Of a stretch of DNA of 64,000 nt, positions 38,000 through 49,264 are shown piece after piece; position 1 is the first letter of the stretch, and each line of letters starts with the position of its first letter. This stretch comes from Lobosporangium transversale (lineage: Eukaryota): assembly GCF_002105155.1 (NCBI RefSeq), contig NW_019028980.1, positions 1,116,001 to 1,180,000 of the forward strand, read 5' to 3'. The position numbers and the translations under genes were made by a program. The notes beneath the pieces are model-generated. The model searched no databases and was not told the origin of the DNA. It saw only the letters and a program-made list of their open reading frames with translations.

Positions 38000-40758
38000 C
38001 TATGCCCACTAATGTCACGATCAAAAAGTCAAAAGATGAAGGAGTATTAGAATCAGCGCTTTGAGTAATAACCAATTATTAAACGCTTTATATAAATATA
38101 TTGTAAATATTTACCAAGTCTCTCAAATAGCGCTTCTCTTGGGCCCATTTGTTCAGCTCTAACATTGCTGCTGTTTTCTCGAAACCTCCATTCGTAACTA
38201 GTATGTCGATTAGCTCGTCATGAACTCCTTTGGCCATGCCCTTGGCATCTCTAGTTACCCATAGATGTGTAAATAAATAAATAAAATAAAATAAAAAACA
38301 AAGATAAAATAGCAAATCGTTAGGAATTGTGTCCCACCATCAGCCACTGTATATATTCAAGATAAATGCGCGAATCAAATTAAGGCAACGTACCCGCAAA
38401 CATATATCAATGCTCCTTTTTTGTCTAAAAGGTCCCAAAGTCTCTTACTCTCCTTTTTGATCAAGTCTTGCACGTATTTACCGCTGTTGGGTATATTTTC
38501 CTCTCGACTAACGGCGACATGGAGCTCTGTCAAAATACCTTCTTCTTTGTAAGTCTCCATCTGTTCCTTGAAAAGCCAGTCTTTTTCTCGGTGCCTGCAT
38601 CCAAAGAATAGCCACATTTCCCCAAAAAGATCATCAAGCTGTTGCTGCGACCGTGGCCCAATGTTCATCAGCCGTTTTTTTATTTTTCGCTGTTCGGAAC
38701 GGTGTTCCAAAAAGCCCATGAACGGCGCTACACCAGTGCCAGGTCCAATCATGATAATCGGTCGTGTGGTGTCTGTTGGCAAGTTAAATTTCGTCTCATT
38801 TGGTTTCAAAAATATTGGAATGACGGTTTTTTCAAGTCCTTCTGAAATGGCTTTTCCAAATGGCACCAAACCAGCCAGCTCATCCAACCACGGAGTGCAA
38901 ACACCGCGGCGATTGACGCCTTCAGGAAGAATGTATGTCACTACATTGAATGCACACGACCAACGACGATGTCCATTCTTAGCTAGAGGTGAGCTTGTTA
39001 TAGAGTAATATCTAGGTTGCAGTGGCGGCAATGTCTCGATTACTCGGGCCACCGGGATTTTGATGGATGGGAAAGTGTGAAGGATGTCTAGGAATGTTGG
39101 TGTCTGGGCTCGGAAGGCATTGAATTGATCTGAGCCTTGTTTGGAAGCCAGGAACATCAGCTGTTGCTTTTCAGTCATATCTGTAGCATGATCAGCGTAG
39201 AGACGAATATTGGCTTTCTTGGGCACTGAAGTCAAATCTACTGAGTACCGGAAAACTTCAAGCAGGCTTGCCGACTTGACGGGTTGCAAATGAGATGGGA
39301 TCCCTACAACATCGTATAAACAGGTCGTAGCATGAGTATTAATATATCGAAAGTAAAGACGAGGCGATCGGAGGCCTTATGAACAATACGATGCATCACA
39401 TGGTTACCTTCGCCTTCAAACTTGATATTTTTATTCTGATCATGCTCATCAACTGCGAGAGCTTCAAGCACACCTCGGACCAACGACTCGTTATTGGGCG
39501 CCCAGATGCCAAAGGCATCACCTGGGGAATAATCGACATCGTCCTCGAACCCAAATTCAACTGATAAAGTACGCTTTAATGCATCAGTTGCTGTCAGGCA
39601 TTGAACGCTATTAATCTTTGCATTAATCAGCGGGGTTGGTGTCTGAATAAATGAAGGGATTGGCCTACTCGTCGCCTTACTTCCTGATGCAGTAGTACTA
39701 TCACCCTCTGTGATCTTCAAGTTGGCGTTAGGAACTCGGGGTAAACCAGTGAGACTACTATGATTGCTCATGCTCGAAAAGTCTACTACAATCCTGTATT
39801 TCGCAAAGGGTGCCATAGAATCCTTCTCTTTAGCGGGTACCGATACAGAAAGGGTACTCATCCCAGAGGACAAGGTGTTAATGTCTGCTTTTTCATTAAG
39901 GTTCAACTCAAGTTCAGATGAAGTCTTTAGTGAAGTCGATGGAGGTAGCTGGCCTGGATCGGTTCCTTTTCCTATAAGGCTTTTAACAATCTTCTCCTCT
40001 TCCGGGGTAAGGTGAGGCTGAGGAAGGTCATGGACAGCTGGCGTGCAGATCACCTGATGGGCGAGGGCTGGCCAGAGATTCTTAATCCACGGATCAACCG
40101 TTTCTTCAAGTCTACATAAGAGTTAAGTATTGCTGGTGTCAGAAAATAGGGTTTCACTATGATATTCAGGCATGACAATGATTAGCTGCCTTACCCTGTA
40201 GCGTCATCCGCCAATCCTCGAGCGTAAAAAGGAGTTGCTCCAAGTTCCTGTAAGCGAGTATCAAGCCGCTTTGCAGTTTGACAGAAGTTGTCATAGTTGG
40301 TATCACCTAGACCTAAGAGACGTCATTGCGATATAGATTGAGTTGGAGGTTTAGATCGCTCTAATATCAAGATCAAATGAAGCTTGCATATCCTGCTCTG
40401 TCTTTCATTGAGTATAAACTAAAAATTGCTGAGGCATTTGACACATACCCAACACAGCATATTTGGCTTTAGTGAGTCCGACGCCCTTGAGCTTACGAAG
40501 ATGACGCCAAAACTTTGTTGAATTGTCAGGTGGGTCGCCGTCGCCAGTCGTTGATACAACAAAAACAAGGCACTCTTCTTTGTCCCAGTCAACTTTTGCA
40601 AAATCATTGAGTACATAGTGAGCTGCTTTGAATCCTCGCTCCTGTGCCTGCTCATAGATGTTGCGTGAGATTGATTCTGCGTTTCCAGTTTGCGAGGCGA
40701 AAAAGACGGTCAAATGGTCTGCATGAGGAATGGAATCCTCGTCTTTGTTTGGAACCAT
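38000..40758 (-). CDS. MTRR: Methionine synthase reductase-like diflavin reductase; exons 40758-40449, 40312-40195, 40111-39408, 39303-38394, 38250-38115, 38008-38000
   Basis: Flavodoxin domain (ASQTGNAE, STTGDGDPPDN, GLGDTNY..FC, ADDATGLEETVDPWIKNLWPAL), LQPRYYSITSSP, GVCTPWL, GPGTGVAPF, FFGCRH, YVCGDAKGMAK, RYLRDLWA*; no N-terminal TM anchor, unlike P450 reductase. Confidence 0.85.
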
Positions 40759-43055
40759 GGCTTGCTGCGGTGTGCTGGAGTGTAAAGGGGAATGATTTAA
40801 GTGAAATGTAATGCTTCTGACTCATTTAACAGTACAACGATCCTACGTACGCGGTTCAAACGTACAATGTTCATTCATATTTAAAATTGTGCAAGATCTG
40901 CATATTTCTCTCATGATCATATCGGCGGGATGTCGATGATATTTTTTAAGTGGTTACGCCATGAGGATCTCGAATGACGGTGTTTTATGTTATCTCCTAT
41001 TCTCATATTCTTGGATTAATAGAATGTGAATCCCAGGCGAGCACAGATTTCAGAGTATTCTACAAGAGCGCCTTCCAGTTGTACATCGAAACCCCTCCAA
41101 TAATATTTGCTGTTCTTTGAAGTGTCAACATTTCCACTGCTGAGTTTTTTCAAAAAGGAGAATGATATAGTGGAGGCTGCACTTCTCTAGAATGGTTGTT
41201 AGAGTTGAAGGACACCTTCTGTTCAAAGCACTCATTTGTAGGATTATACAACAACCCAGGACTTATACGACATGAACAGTTGAATAAAGAGGATCCGTCG
41301 TCCCATTGGCTGTTTTTACACGGGGCAAAGTAAAACGGAAGCTTTTGTGAATAAAGCTTCTCCATGCTATGATCATATTGTCTCTCTCTTTTTGACCCCA
41401 TTGGATATCGTAGTAACGGTTTCTGAAGAGACGTACATTGACTAATTTATCTTTAAATCCTAAATCCCCGTACCTCCTTGCGACGAGTGTATTAAGAAAA
41501 AGGGGCCTTTTTTGATATGCTTACGATCGAGCAATCAAAAAGCCTGCCAATATCTGCAGGCTTTTTTCTATTTTTTATTTTTTGCGTCTACTAATGTGTG
41601 CTCGGTATAAATATACTTTAATAATTTAATTATTTAATGGTGTATGATGGCAAATATGTATCTGATGAGAACCACTTTTTGGTTTCACATTCATGAACTC
41701 TATGCAGTACATGAGGTCAAAAAACTCTTCGTCAGAAAATCTTGTTTGCTTGTCAGTAATCACATTGCTGGACATGCTTAAACATATTGTCGGGAGCGAT
41801 TGAGGTTGCTGGGGCATGTCCGATACGTACAGGTCAGTATTGGTATGCTTGGGTTTCAAGAATGGTTTGCTTCCCACTGATCCGGAAGGCCATCTTGTTG
41901 CCAATGTTATTTCCTTCGAGTGATCGCTTGTGAAGCATAGCATCGCAGTGTCTTCTATAGATTAGCTTTGTTGTTTTGTCGCTGATGCACGACCCCACCT
42001 GAAGGATTATGAAGAAAGGAAGGCAGCCTTGTTAGACTCGTCTTTGGCCTTATCTTTGATCAGTTCGACTCTATCTTTATCATCTAGGAGCCAAAGGACA
42101 TTAAATGATGGGTGAAATACCGTGACCGGGAGGGGCTTGCTTGTAACATTAGTACTCCTCTACTTAGGAACCGCTGGTCTAAAGACTAAAAACGAGAGCC
42201 ATGGCACCAATGAGCCCAAGTATCTTTATCAGCTCCTCACTTTGACTCCACTCTTTAGTCTTCATTCGTGACCTCTTTGGCTTCTCTCTACTGCTTCTCT
42301 TTTCTTGATTTAAGCCCATAGTTACATCGAATACCGAATTCTCTATAGCTAACCTAATTTCACGGAGCCTCTTGAGCATTACCAGAGTGTGTGGTTCTAG
42401 AACGATGTCCATGACGTGCACATCAGATCGATTTCTTCTTGCTTTCTTGAAAGCCTACGTTATCTTGGAATCGGGGTGGAAAGACATTGCCAAGCCGTAA
42501 CACTTGCCCTTAAAAGCACGTAATTCTAAAGATCTTTCAGACATACTTTTCATAGAGTTGTGTATGTTGTATGCGACGATAGGGGAACAAAGTGCTTTTA
42601 AGACTTGGAAGGTCTATTTCATCATCAAAGCACTATCTGTTGTAATGCTTGCAATGCATTTTTGGACTATTTAATCATTCTATTACGAAGCTGTTCAAAA
42701 CATAAACTTTACTCTGGATTATCATCTGTGCAGTTGCGATAGAAGTATGGGGATATGAGTGTGGAATAAAAATCAAAGGGATTGTCAAACTAATAGAGAA
42801 TAATCCCCCTGATAAGGCTTTGTTATTCTACTCCTCCACTACCACCTGGCGTACTGGTTGGTGTAGAGCTAAAAAGGAAATCACTGCGCGTGGTGTACTG
42901 GCTACACCTATTATGTAGATCACACTCCTTTCCGCTTTGCTTTTATATTGCACTGGTTCCTGAAGCAACTTTACTTTTTTTTCTTTATTTTTCTTTTCTT
43001 TTCTTTTCTTTAATTATCATCTTTCATTACACGTTCACATATACACATATACAAG

Positions 43056-43961
43056 ATGCCTTCTTCACTTCTCTTGTCCCAGAAAATCATTGGGGCCTTC
43101 TTCCTCTCTATTGTTATCTTTCCCCACATCGTCAAGGCCAATACCATCAATAATCTCACTCCTCCCTCTTCTACGTCTCTTTCTCCAACCTTTATCCATG
43201 ACACATACAACAACCAAAGACGACATCTTCTCGGTAGCTTGATCTCTCTTCTTCCCAGTGATGGTAGTCAACAGCAACTACCAGAGCCACTCACGGCACC
43301 TCAATCTTCCTCCGGGTCTGAGCTACCGGCTTCGTCACTTGCTGCTGCCTCACCATCTCCATCTCCTACAACTTCCAGTTTAATCGATGGGATTCTAGTT
43401 CCACCGTTCTTTGGTCATGATAATAGTCCTGATAGTGAAGATGACCCGAGCACCAGTTCTACTATTCCCATCTCTACCTCCGCTGTTGCGGATACTCCTT
43501 CCACTACCGCCATAGAGAAACCTTCATCCTCCTTGTCTCCTGGCAAACACATTCCTGTGGATGCTGAGTCTTCTGGAACACTTAACTATGATCACAGTAA
43601 TATCGAATCATCACCTCCAGATGAGGGCCCCGCGACGACTGGGAATACTACGGTTTCTAATGTGGATGCTTCTGCAGACGATCAATCACAGCAAATAAAA
43701 GTAGCTTTGTCTTCAGGATTGATTGTATTCGTGATCATTGTCGCGATTGGAGTCATTTTAGCCGTAGCCTTTAGCTGCTACAGGATCCAGCAATCCCGTT
43801 GTCTCCGCCATCAAAGCTGGGGAGAAGATTTCCTCAAGGATCATGCTGGCAGCGTTGGTTACTCAGAAAGCGCCGGATATGGCATGTACATCAGCAGCAA
43901 TGGCAATAAGGGAAAGTCCAATTTCTGGAGAAAGACCCTGGGGATGCTTCGTCGCAGTTAA
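43056..43961 (+). CDS. Type I membrane protein with Ser/Thr/Pro-rich ectodomain (cell-surface sensor/mucin-like architecture)
   Basis: 301-aa intronless ORF: signal peptide ending VKA, S/T/P-rich stalk, TM LSSGLIVFVIIVAIGVILAVAF, short cytoplasmic tail. Confidence 0.7.
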   Translation: MPSSLLLSQKIIGAFFLSIVIFPHIVKANTINNLTPPSSTSLSPTFIHDTYNNQRRHLLGSLISLLPSDGSQQQLPEPLTAPQSSSGSELPASSLAAASPSPSPTTSSLIDGILVPPFFGHDNSPDSEDDPSTSSTIPISTSAVADTPSTTAIEKPSSSLSPGKHIPVDAESSGTLNYDHSNIESSPPDEGPATTGNTTVSNVDASADDQSQQIKVALSSGLIVFVIIVAIGVILAVAFSCYRIQQSRCLRHQSWGEDFLKDHAGSVGYSESAGYGMYISSNGNKGKSNFWRKTLGMLRRS

Positions 43962-45087
43962 AAAAAAAAAAAAAAAAAAAAAAGGCGCCTGCAGAGGAAG
44001 AAGAAAGGGGGAAAAAAGGAGGGATTGAGAGTTGCTTAATTTATCATCATGTTGGTTAGAATAGTATGCAAGTATGCACAAAGTCCTCCGTTCTATCAAT
44101 TCATATCTCTTTATATTATTAAATTCCTCCTTTTTCTCTTTTTTTTACTATTGACTCCTTGCAATAATTACTTGGACATTCGTCTCTCACTCCTCGCATC
44201 CTATATACAATGATTCATTACCACTTTTAATAAATAAGATACTCTTAGCAGTTTACTTTCTTTCGCTTTGCATTATCAGTTTTATTTCGAGTTATGCGAG
44301 GCTTGTATTATAACTAAACTTAGGTGTTGAATATCTAAAAGAATGAAGATGAAAGCGACTACAAAGGTTGCACTTATTACCTTTCCGCAACTATTACAAT
44401 CTATGCCAGATTCTTCGCCTGATGCAGTTACTTGTTTGTTAGTGATGATTTGTAAGGTTCAGCCCTTGGTTATGGTAGATGTGCCTGGACTGGACTCCCC
44501 TTCACAAAACTGTCATGGCCTACACCTGCTCCGAGTTTCCCTCTTCCCCTCTTCCCCTCTGAACCTGTCTCCTCCTTCTCCCTTACTTTCCCCTCTTGCT
44601 TCCCCCTTGGCAGTCTCAGCGGTATTTTGATCGTCTTTTGGTCTTTGCGGAGTAATAGACCCCTTTTCGTTCGCTTTCAGGGTTATCGCAAAAACAAGTA
44701 CCAATCTTTATTTTCGGCTTGACAGTATCATTGATCTCCTCAACTGACCTCAACAATCCAAGGATGGTTATTGTGCATCTAAAGTCAGAGCTATTGATGC
44801 TGCTTGTAACTGGAGGTCGAAGCAGGTTCCCCGGACTGGAAGATGTGGCGATGGTAATTAGAGAAACCTGGCTTGGCACTTGACTTTTTAGAGCTGTCGG
44901 AGCAGCGGCAGCCGTGGCTCAGACTGAATCTAGAGAACGCCAACATTGATTCGATTTTTTTTTTTTTTTTTTTTAAATAAAAGTACGCGTTCACCATTGG
45001 GATCAAACATAAAATTTCGTGCCACCGTTTTTTATTTTTGCAACATGCTAAACGATTGGGTGTTTAGGCTTTTTCTTTTTAGTATCA

Positions 45088-45393
45088 TTAGCCCTTGTAA
45101 TAAGGACAGTACTTGTAATAGGGCCAGCACCACTTATGATGATGGTGATGGTGGTGGTGTGGCCAGCAACACTTGTAGTAATCGTGAGGATATCTCCACT
45201 TGGTGGTCTCGCCAACATCTCCAACGACTTGGACTACCGGGTCCGCGCCATAATTGGCGCACGTAGTCATGGCCTCTGACCCTAACGGAGTAGGAGCTGC
45301 AGTAGCGGTCTCGGCTTCAACTGCAGCAGACACCTCGAATACCATCAAGGCGGCAATCATCATCGCGATTGAAGTGAAAGTTTTGAGATTCAT
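45088..45393 (-). CDS. Small secreted precursor with His8/Cys/Tyr/Trp-rich C-terminal peptide
   Basis: 101 aa: signal peptide (MNLKTF...VSA), acidic A/T/E-rich spacer, then KWRYPHDYYKCCWPHHHHHHHHKWCWPYYKYCPYYKG; TATA-like AATATAAATA about 100 nt upstream on the minus strand and A-rich start context. Confidence 0.75.
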   Translation of the reverse strand: MNLKTFTSIAMMIAALMVFEVSAAVEAETATAAPTPLGSEAMTTCANYGADPVVQVVGDVGETTKWRYPHDYYKCCWPHHHHHHHHKWCWPYYKYCPYYKG

Positions 45394-46012
45394 TTTTTTT
45401 TTTTTTTTTTTTTTTGAACGAGTTTGATAGTGATATTTATTTTTTTTCTTTTAGAAGAACAACAACAACATAAAAAACAAAACTATTGCCTATTTATATT
45501 TATCCGGGTTGCTTTACATATCTGGTATAAAAGTAAAGAAGTCTTTCTTTCTTGTGTGTATTAGCAGCAATAAATAAAAAAATCATAAAAAAAAATCATA
45601 AAAAATCACCGCGTATTCCGAGAACTGATAAGGGAACATTGATGGATCCTCGGACATCTTCCAGAAGCGAGTTTTGCCGCGGCCATGCCACATGCCGCGC
45701 TTCTGGAATCCTGCATATATTTCTATTCAGCCTTCTACCATTACTGTATCCTTTCTTTGATTCGCTTCCTGTGTTGAGAAAGTAGTAAAGGGACAGAGCC
45801 GTAAATCAAATCAGTGGATGACTTTCCTTCATGATTTATAATAAAAATTTTATTATGATTGCTTGTTATCGTGTAAAAGTACATGAGGAAATAATAAAAA
45901 TAAAAAAAAATAAAAAAAAAAGCCAATAAGCGGGATATTCCGTGCGATACGATATGAAAAAAAAAAAAAAAACCGAAATGCTTCTATTCTACAATGCAAA
46001 AAAAAGTGAAGT

Positions 46013-48510
46013 TTACAATGGTTGAGGCTTTGTTGACCGCACAAGAGTAACAATAACTGTGATATCGTCAATTTTTCTAAATGACACAGAGGAAGATAAA
46101 GGTTCATCAGTTAATTTATCTGCTACCATCAGAAATATTAATGGTCTTTAATGAAACCATCAATATTGGCTGCATTTTTTTTTTTTTTTTTTTTGCTTTG
46201 GACTTACCCTCCATGTTTGATATGACGAGCTCCCTGACTGAAGGGTGTCATACGCTTAGAGTCCAGCGAGAAACGTCTTGCAGTATTTGTAAGGCGTTTG
46301 GAGAGTGCCCGCACTCTCGCCAAGATCTCGTCTACCGTCTTAGATTCGACCACCTCATGTTGCTCCTGGTGTACTCCACGTTCAAACTGTCGCTGATGTT
46401 GTCGTTGCTGCTCACGAATGATATCTCCCAGTTCTCTGTCAACCAATTCAATAGCTTCTTTCGTAAACACGTTGTCCCAGAAGCCATCAGTTGCTAATAC
46501 AATCACATCACCATCCTGTAGCTGGTGCGTTGTCTGGACAGCATCCTTGGGTAGATCCTGGACATAGGCCTTCTTTTTTGCAGCTGCCTTTGCCTTTGGA
46601 ACATTTGAACTGTGGTGAACATCATTGTCGCTATCGGTATGTTCAGTATTATCTCCAGGACCTTGTCGATTGTGCTGCTGTTGACGGAGTTTTGGTGGCA
46701 ATACAGTAAGTTGATACGGACAGTTCCAGAAATGTTGCTGGGACGGAGACTCATAGATACACCGGTTATCTCGAATTAGTAAGAACGCGCTGTCTCCTAG
46801 ATTTGATGCTTTCAGTGTGCCTGTTAGCTTGCAGAGCGAAAGAATGCAAGCCGTACTTGATCCTAAAGATACCATGACATCATGCAGGAAAGGTAGAGAT
46901 TGGAAAAGATGAGACGCCGCAAATAAATGCATCGTGGAAAAAAAAAAAAAAAAAAAAAAGAATTGTGGAATTCTCACGCCCTGTCCTCACGTCCTTGATT
47001 CATGTCTCACAAAGATTGTCTGACCTGCCTAGCTGTGAGCTGCAGTAAAAATTACCTGCTTCGACCGTGCCACTTTGGACAAGTTCACTGTATGCGCCAT
47101 CAAGAATCGTCTGCGCATCCAAAATTCTCCTCTCACCGCCTGCGGCGAGAGTCGGGTCTGCTGATGCTCCTGACTCTGAAACCGCGGTTGGTGGAATGTT
47201 GTCTGTGAGTCGCGCGATGTTCTCTGCATTGTTCATCAATGCCCATGAAAACAATGCTGGATCTACGCCCATCTATGAAAAAGCCGGTTCAGACACAAAG
47301 AAAGTGTCAGATTTCCATTCTTATGGTGTATAGAAACAACGAGAACAGCAGACAAGGTTTAGCAGGCAACAAGGCGGTTGTCCTTTGAGCATATTAATAT
47401 CAAACAAAGAGGTATTTAAGAGCAAAAAAAGTGACATGTGATAAAAGCCGAAAATATAATAAAATGGTAGAAGCTATCTCATCATCAGCAAGGAGAGCAT
47501 AGTTCGGTAAATCCATTTTTGGGAAAACCAAGCGAGCTTTCTATCTTTTGATCCGTTGTATCTGCATTGAATCTCATAAACTCCTTCTGCGATGAAGATT
47601 ATTATAAAAATAAAAATAAAAAAAAAAAAAGATTGACATTTATATCTGAAAGTTCCATTCTTCGCACGAAATATCGAAGGTTTGTGAAAATGAAATAAAT
47701 TGGTAAAGGGTATATGGGCATATAGGCATAAAGGCATATAAAAATAAATGGATTGTAGCAATCATTACTATATTGTAGAACACGACTCACCTCTGACCAT
47801 CCACCAACACCATCAGCCACGCCCAGTGCAACGCGACTTGGTGTTGAGACGTGGAAAAAAGCATCTTCGCCCGCATCGACTTTCCCCGGATGTGGATGTG
47901 GACGTGGATGCGCAGCCCGCAGCTTGGCCCTCCAACGCAGGGTCCTCTCCTCATTTGCTGCATTCTCTAATTGTTGTTGATGTAGAATTTGTTGGCGCTG
48001 CCGCGATTTGGGATGCCAGCTTGCTGCCAATAGATAGTTGAAAGCAATCATACCATTTGTGGACGTTGCTGTTGATGCCGGTGCAGCTGTTGTCGTTGAC
48101 GGAGAGGCTGTGTCCACTATCGTTTTATCTTCTTCCTCAACAGCAGCACTTGCAACACTTGCAGCGGTGCCATTGACGGGATATTGACCCGTAGAGTACA
48201 GATCTGGAGGCAACAGGATCTCTTGACCAACCAGCTGCGGTTGAACAGTAACGCTTGGGGCTGCGGTGGCACTAGTATGGAGCTGAGACGTAGATGCAGA
48301 CCCATCGAGTTGAATAAGTGTCGGAGTGGAAATATTGCCATTTTTGCTCTTAGTGGCACCGTTCGGGGTGTTGGTGAGCAATAGCTGAGGGGTCAAAAAT
48401 AGGAAACGATGCACATGCAATAAAGCATATGGTCTTAGCATCCACTGAGACAGTCGATGCGACATGATGCGGGTCATGCTCAAAGGCCTGGTTGCATTAG
48501 GGCCAAGCAT
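46013..48510 (-). CDS. PTC7: PP2C-family phosphatase PTC7 homologue; exons 48510-47791, 47272-47057, 46862-46208, 46076-46013
   Basis: DAGEDAFF, LGVADGVGGW, GVDPALFSWALM, GSSTAC, NLGDSAF, QQHFWNCPYQL, VLATDGFWDN, GGKIDDITVIV. Confidence 0.9.
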
Positions 48511-49264
48511 GGTCAATTAACACAGAATGAGGAAAGTAAAAGAAGGAAGGAGGTCAATGTAACACCAGTCGAGCAAAGAAAGAGAGTGGTAAAATCGAGA
48601 GGAGCAAGTAAAAAGAAAAAAAAAAAAAAAAAAAAAAAAGAATAAAAGAATGAGGAAGTGGTCCTTGTAATGACTATAATGTAAGGAAGAAATAAACCAA
48701 TATCGATGGAATGAACAAGGAAGGAGTATTAGAAAGGAGTAAAAAAAAAAAAAAAAGGAAGGAGTAACATAAAAAGAGAGAGGAACAGAGAGGAAGCCAA
48801 GAACGCTTCTTTACTTTTATTTCTATTTTTTATTTTTTTCCTGCCATTTCCGATCGGAAAAGGCTTTTTTGCTCCGTCCTTTGCTCTTCGACATCCAAAC
48901 TCACCAGACAAACGACGCCCTGACAGGACAGATGGACGAGAGCATCAAAAGATCGGATGGACATGGATGGGTCGGAGTCTTGTCTTCTCTTCTTTACTTT
49001 GTCCTGCTTCGCCTCCCTCTAAGAGAAGAATTACATCATGCCCTCCGTTATTGGCAATGGCGCGTATGGAGGTGGCTCCTTTATGAACATGTGCCATGTA
49101 CCCCACACACTCTTGCATTCAAACAGATCACACAGAAACAAGTTAATTCAAAATATGCAGACAACACGAATCATTTTTTTTTATTTTTTTATTTTACAAA
49201 GCTAAAAGGGGATTTTCTCGTTTGACTCAAACTATACAACGATCAAAGACTTCACTCCACTCAT

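Noticed and set aside
41537..41566. Perfect 11-bp hairpin with A/T tails resembling a bacterial intrinsic terminator
   Set aside because: Eukaryotic context, no adjacent bacterial-like gene; half of the stem is just A/T runs.
44343..44950. Short overlapping ORFs between the membrane protein and the His-rich peptide gene
   Set aside because: No consistent splice model or recognisable motif; at most an unidentifiable relic.
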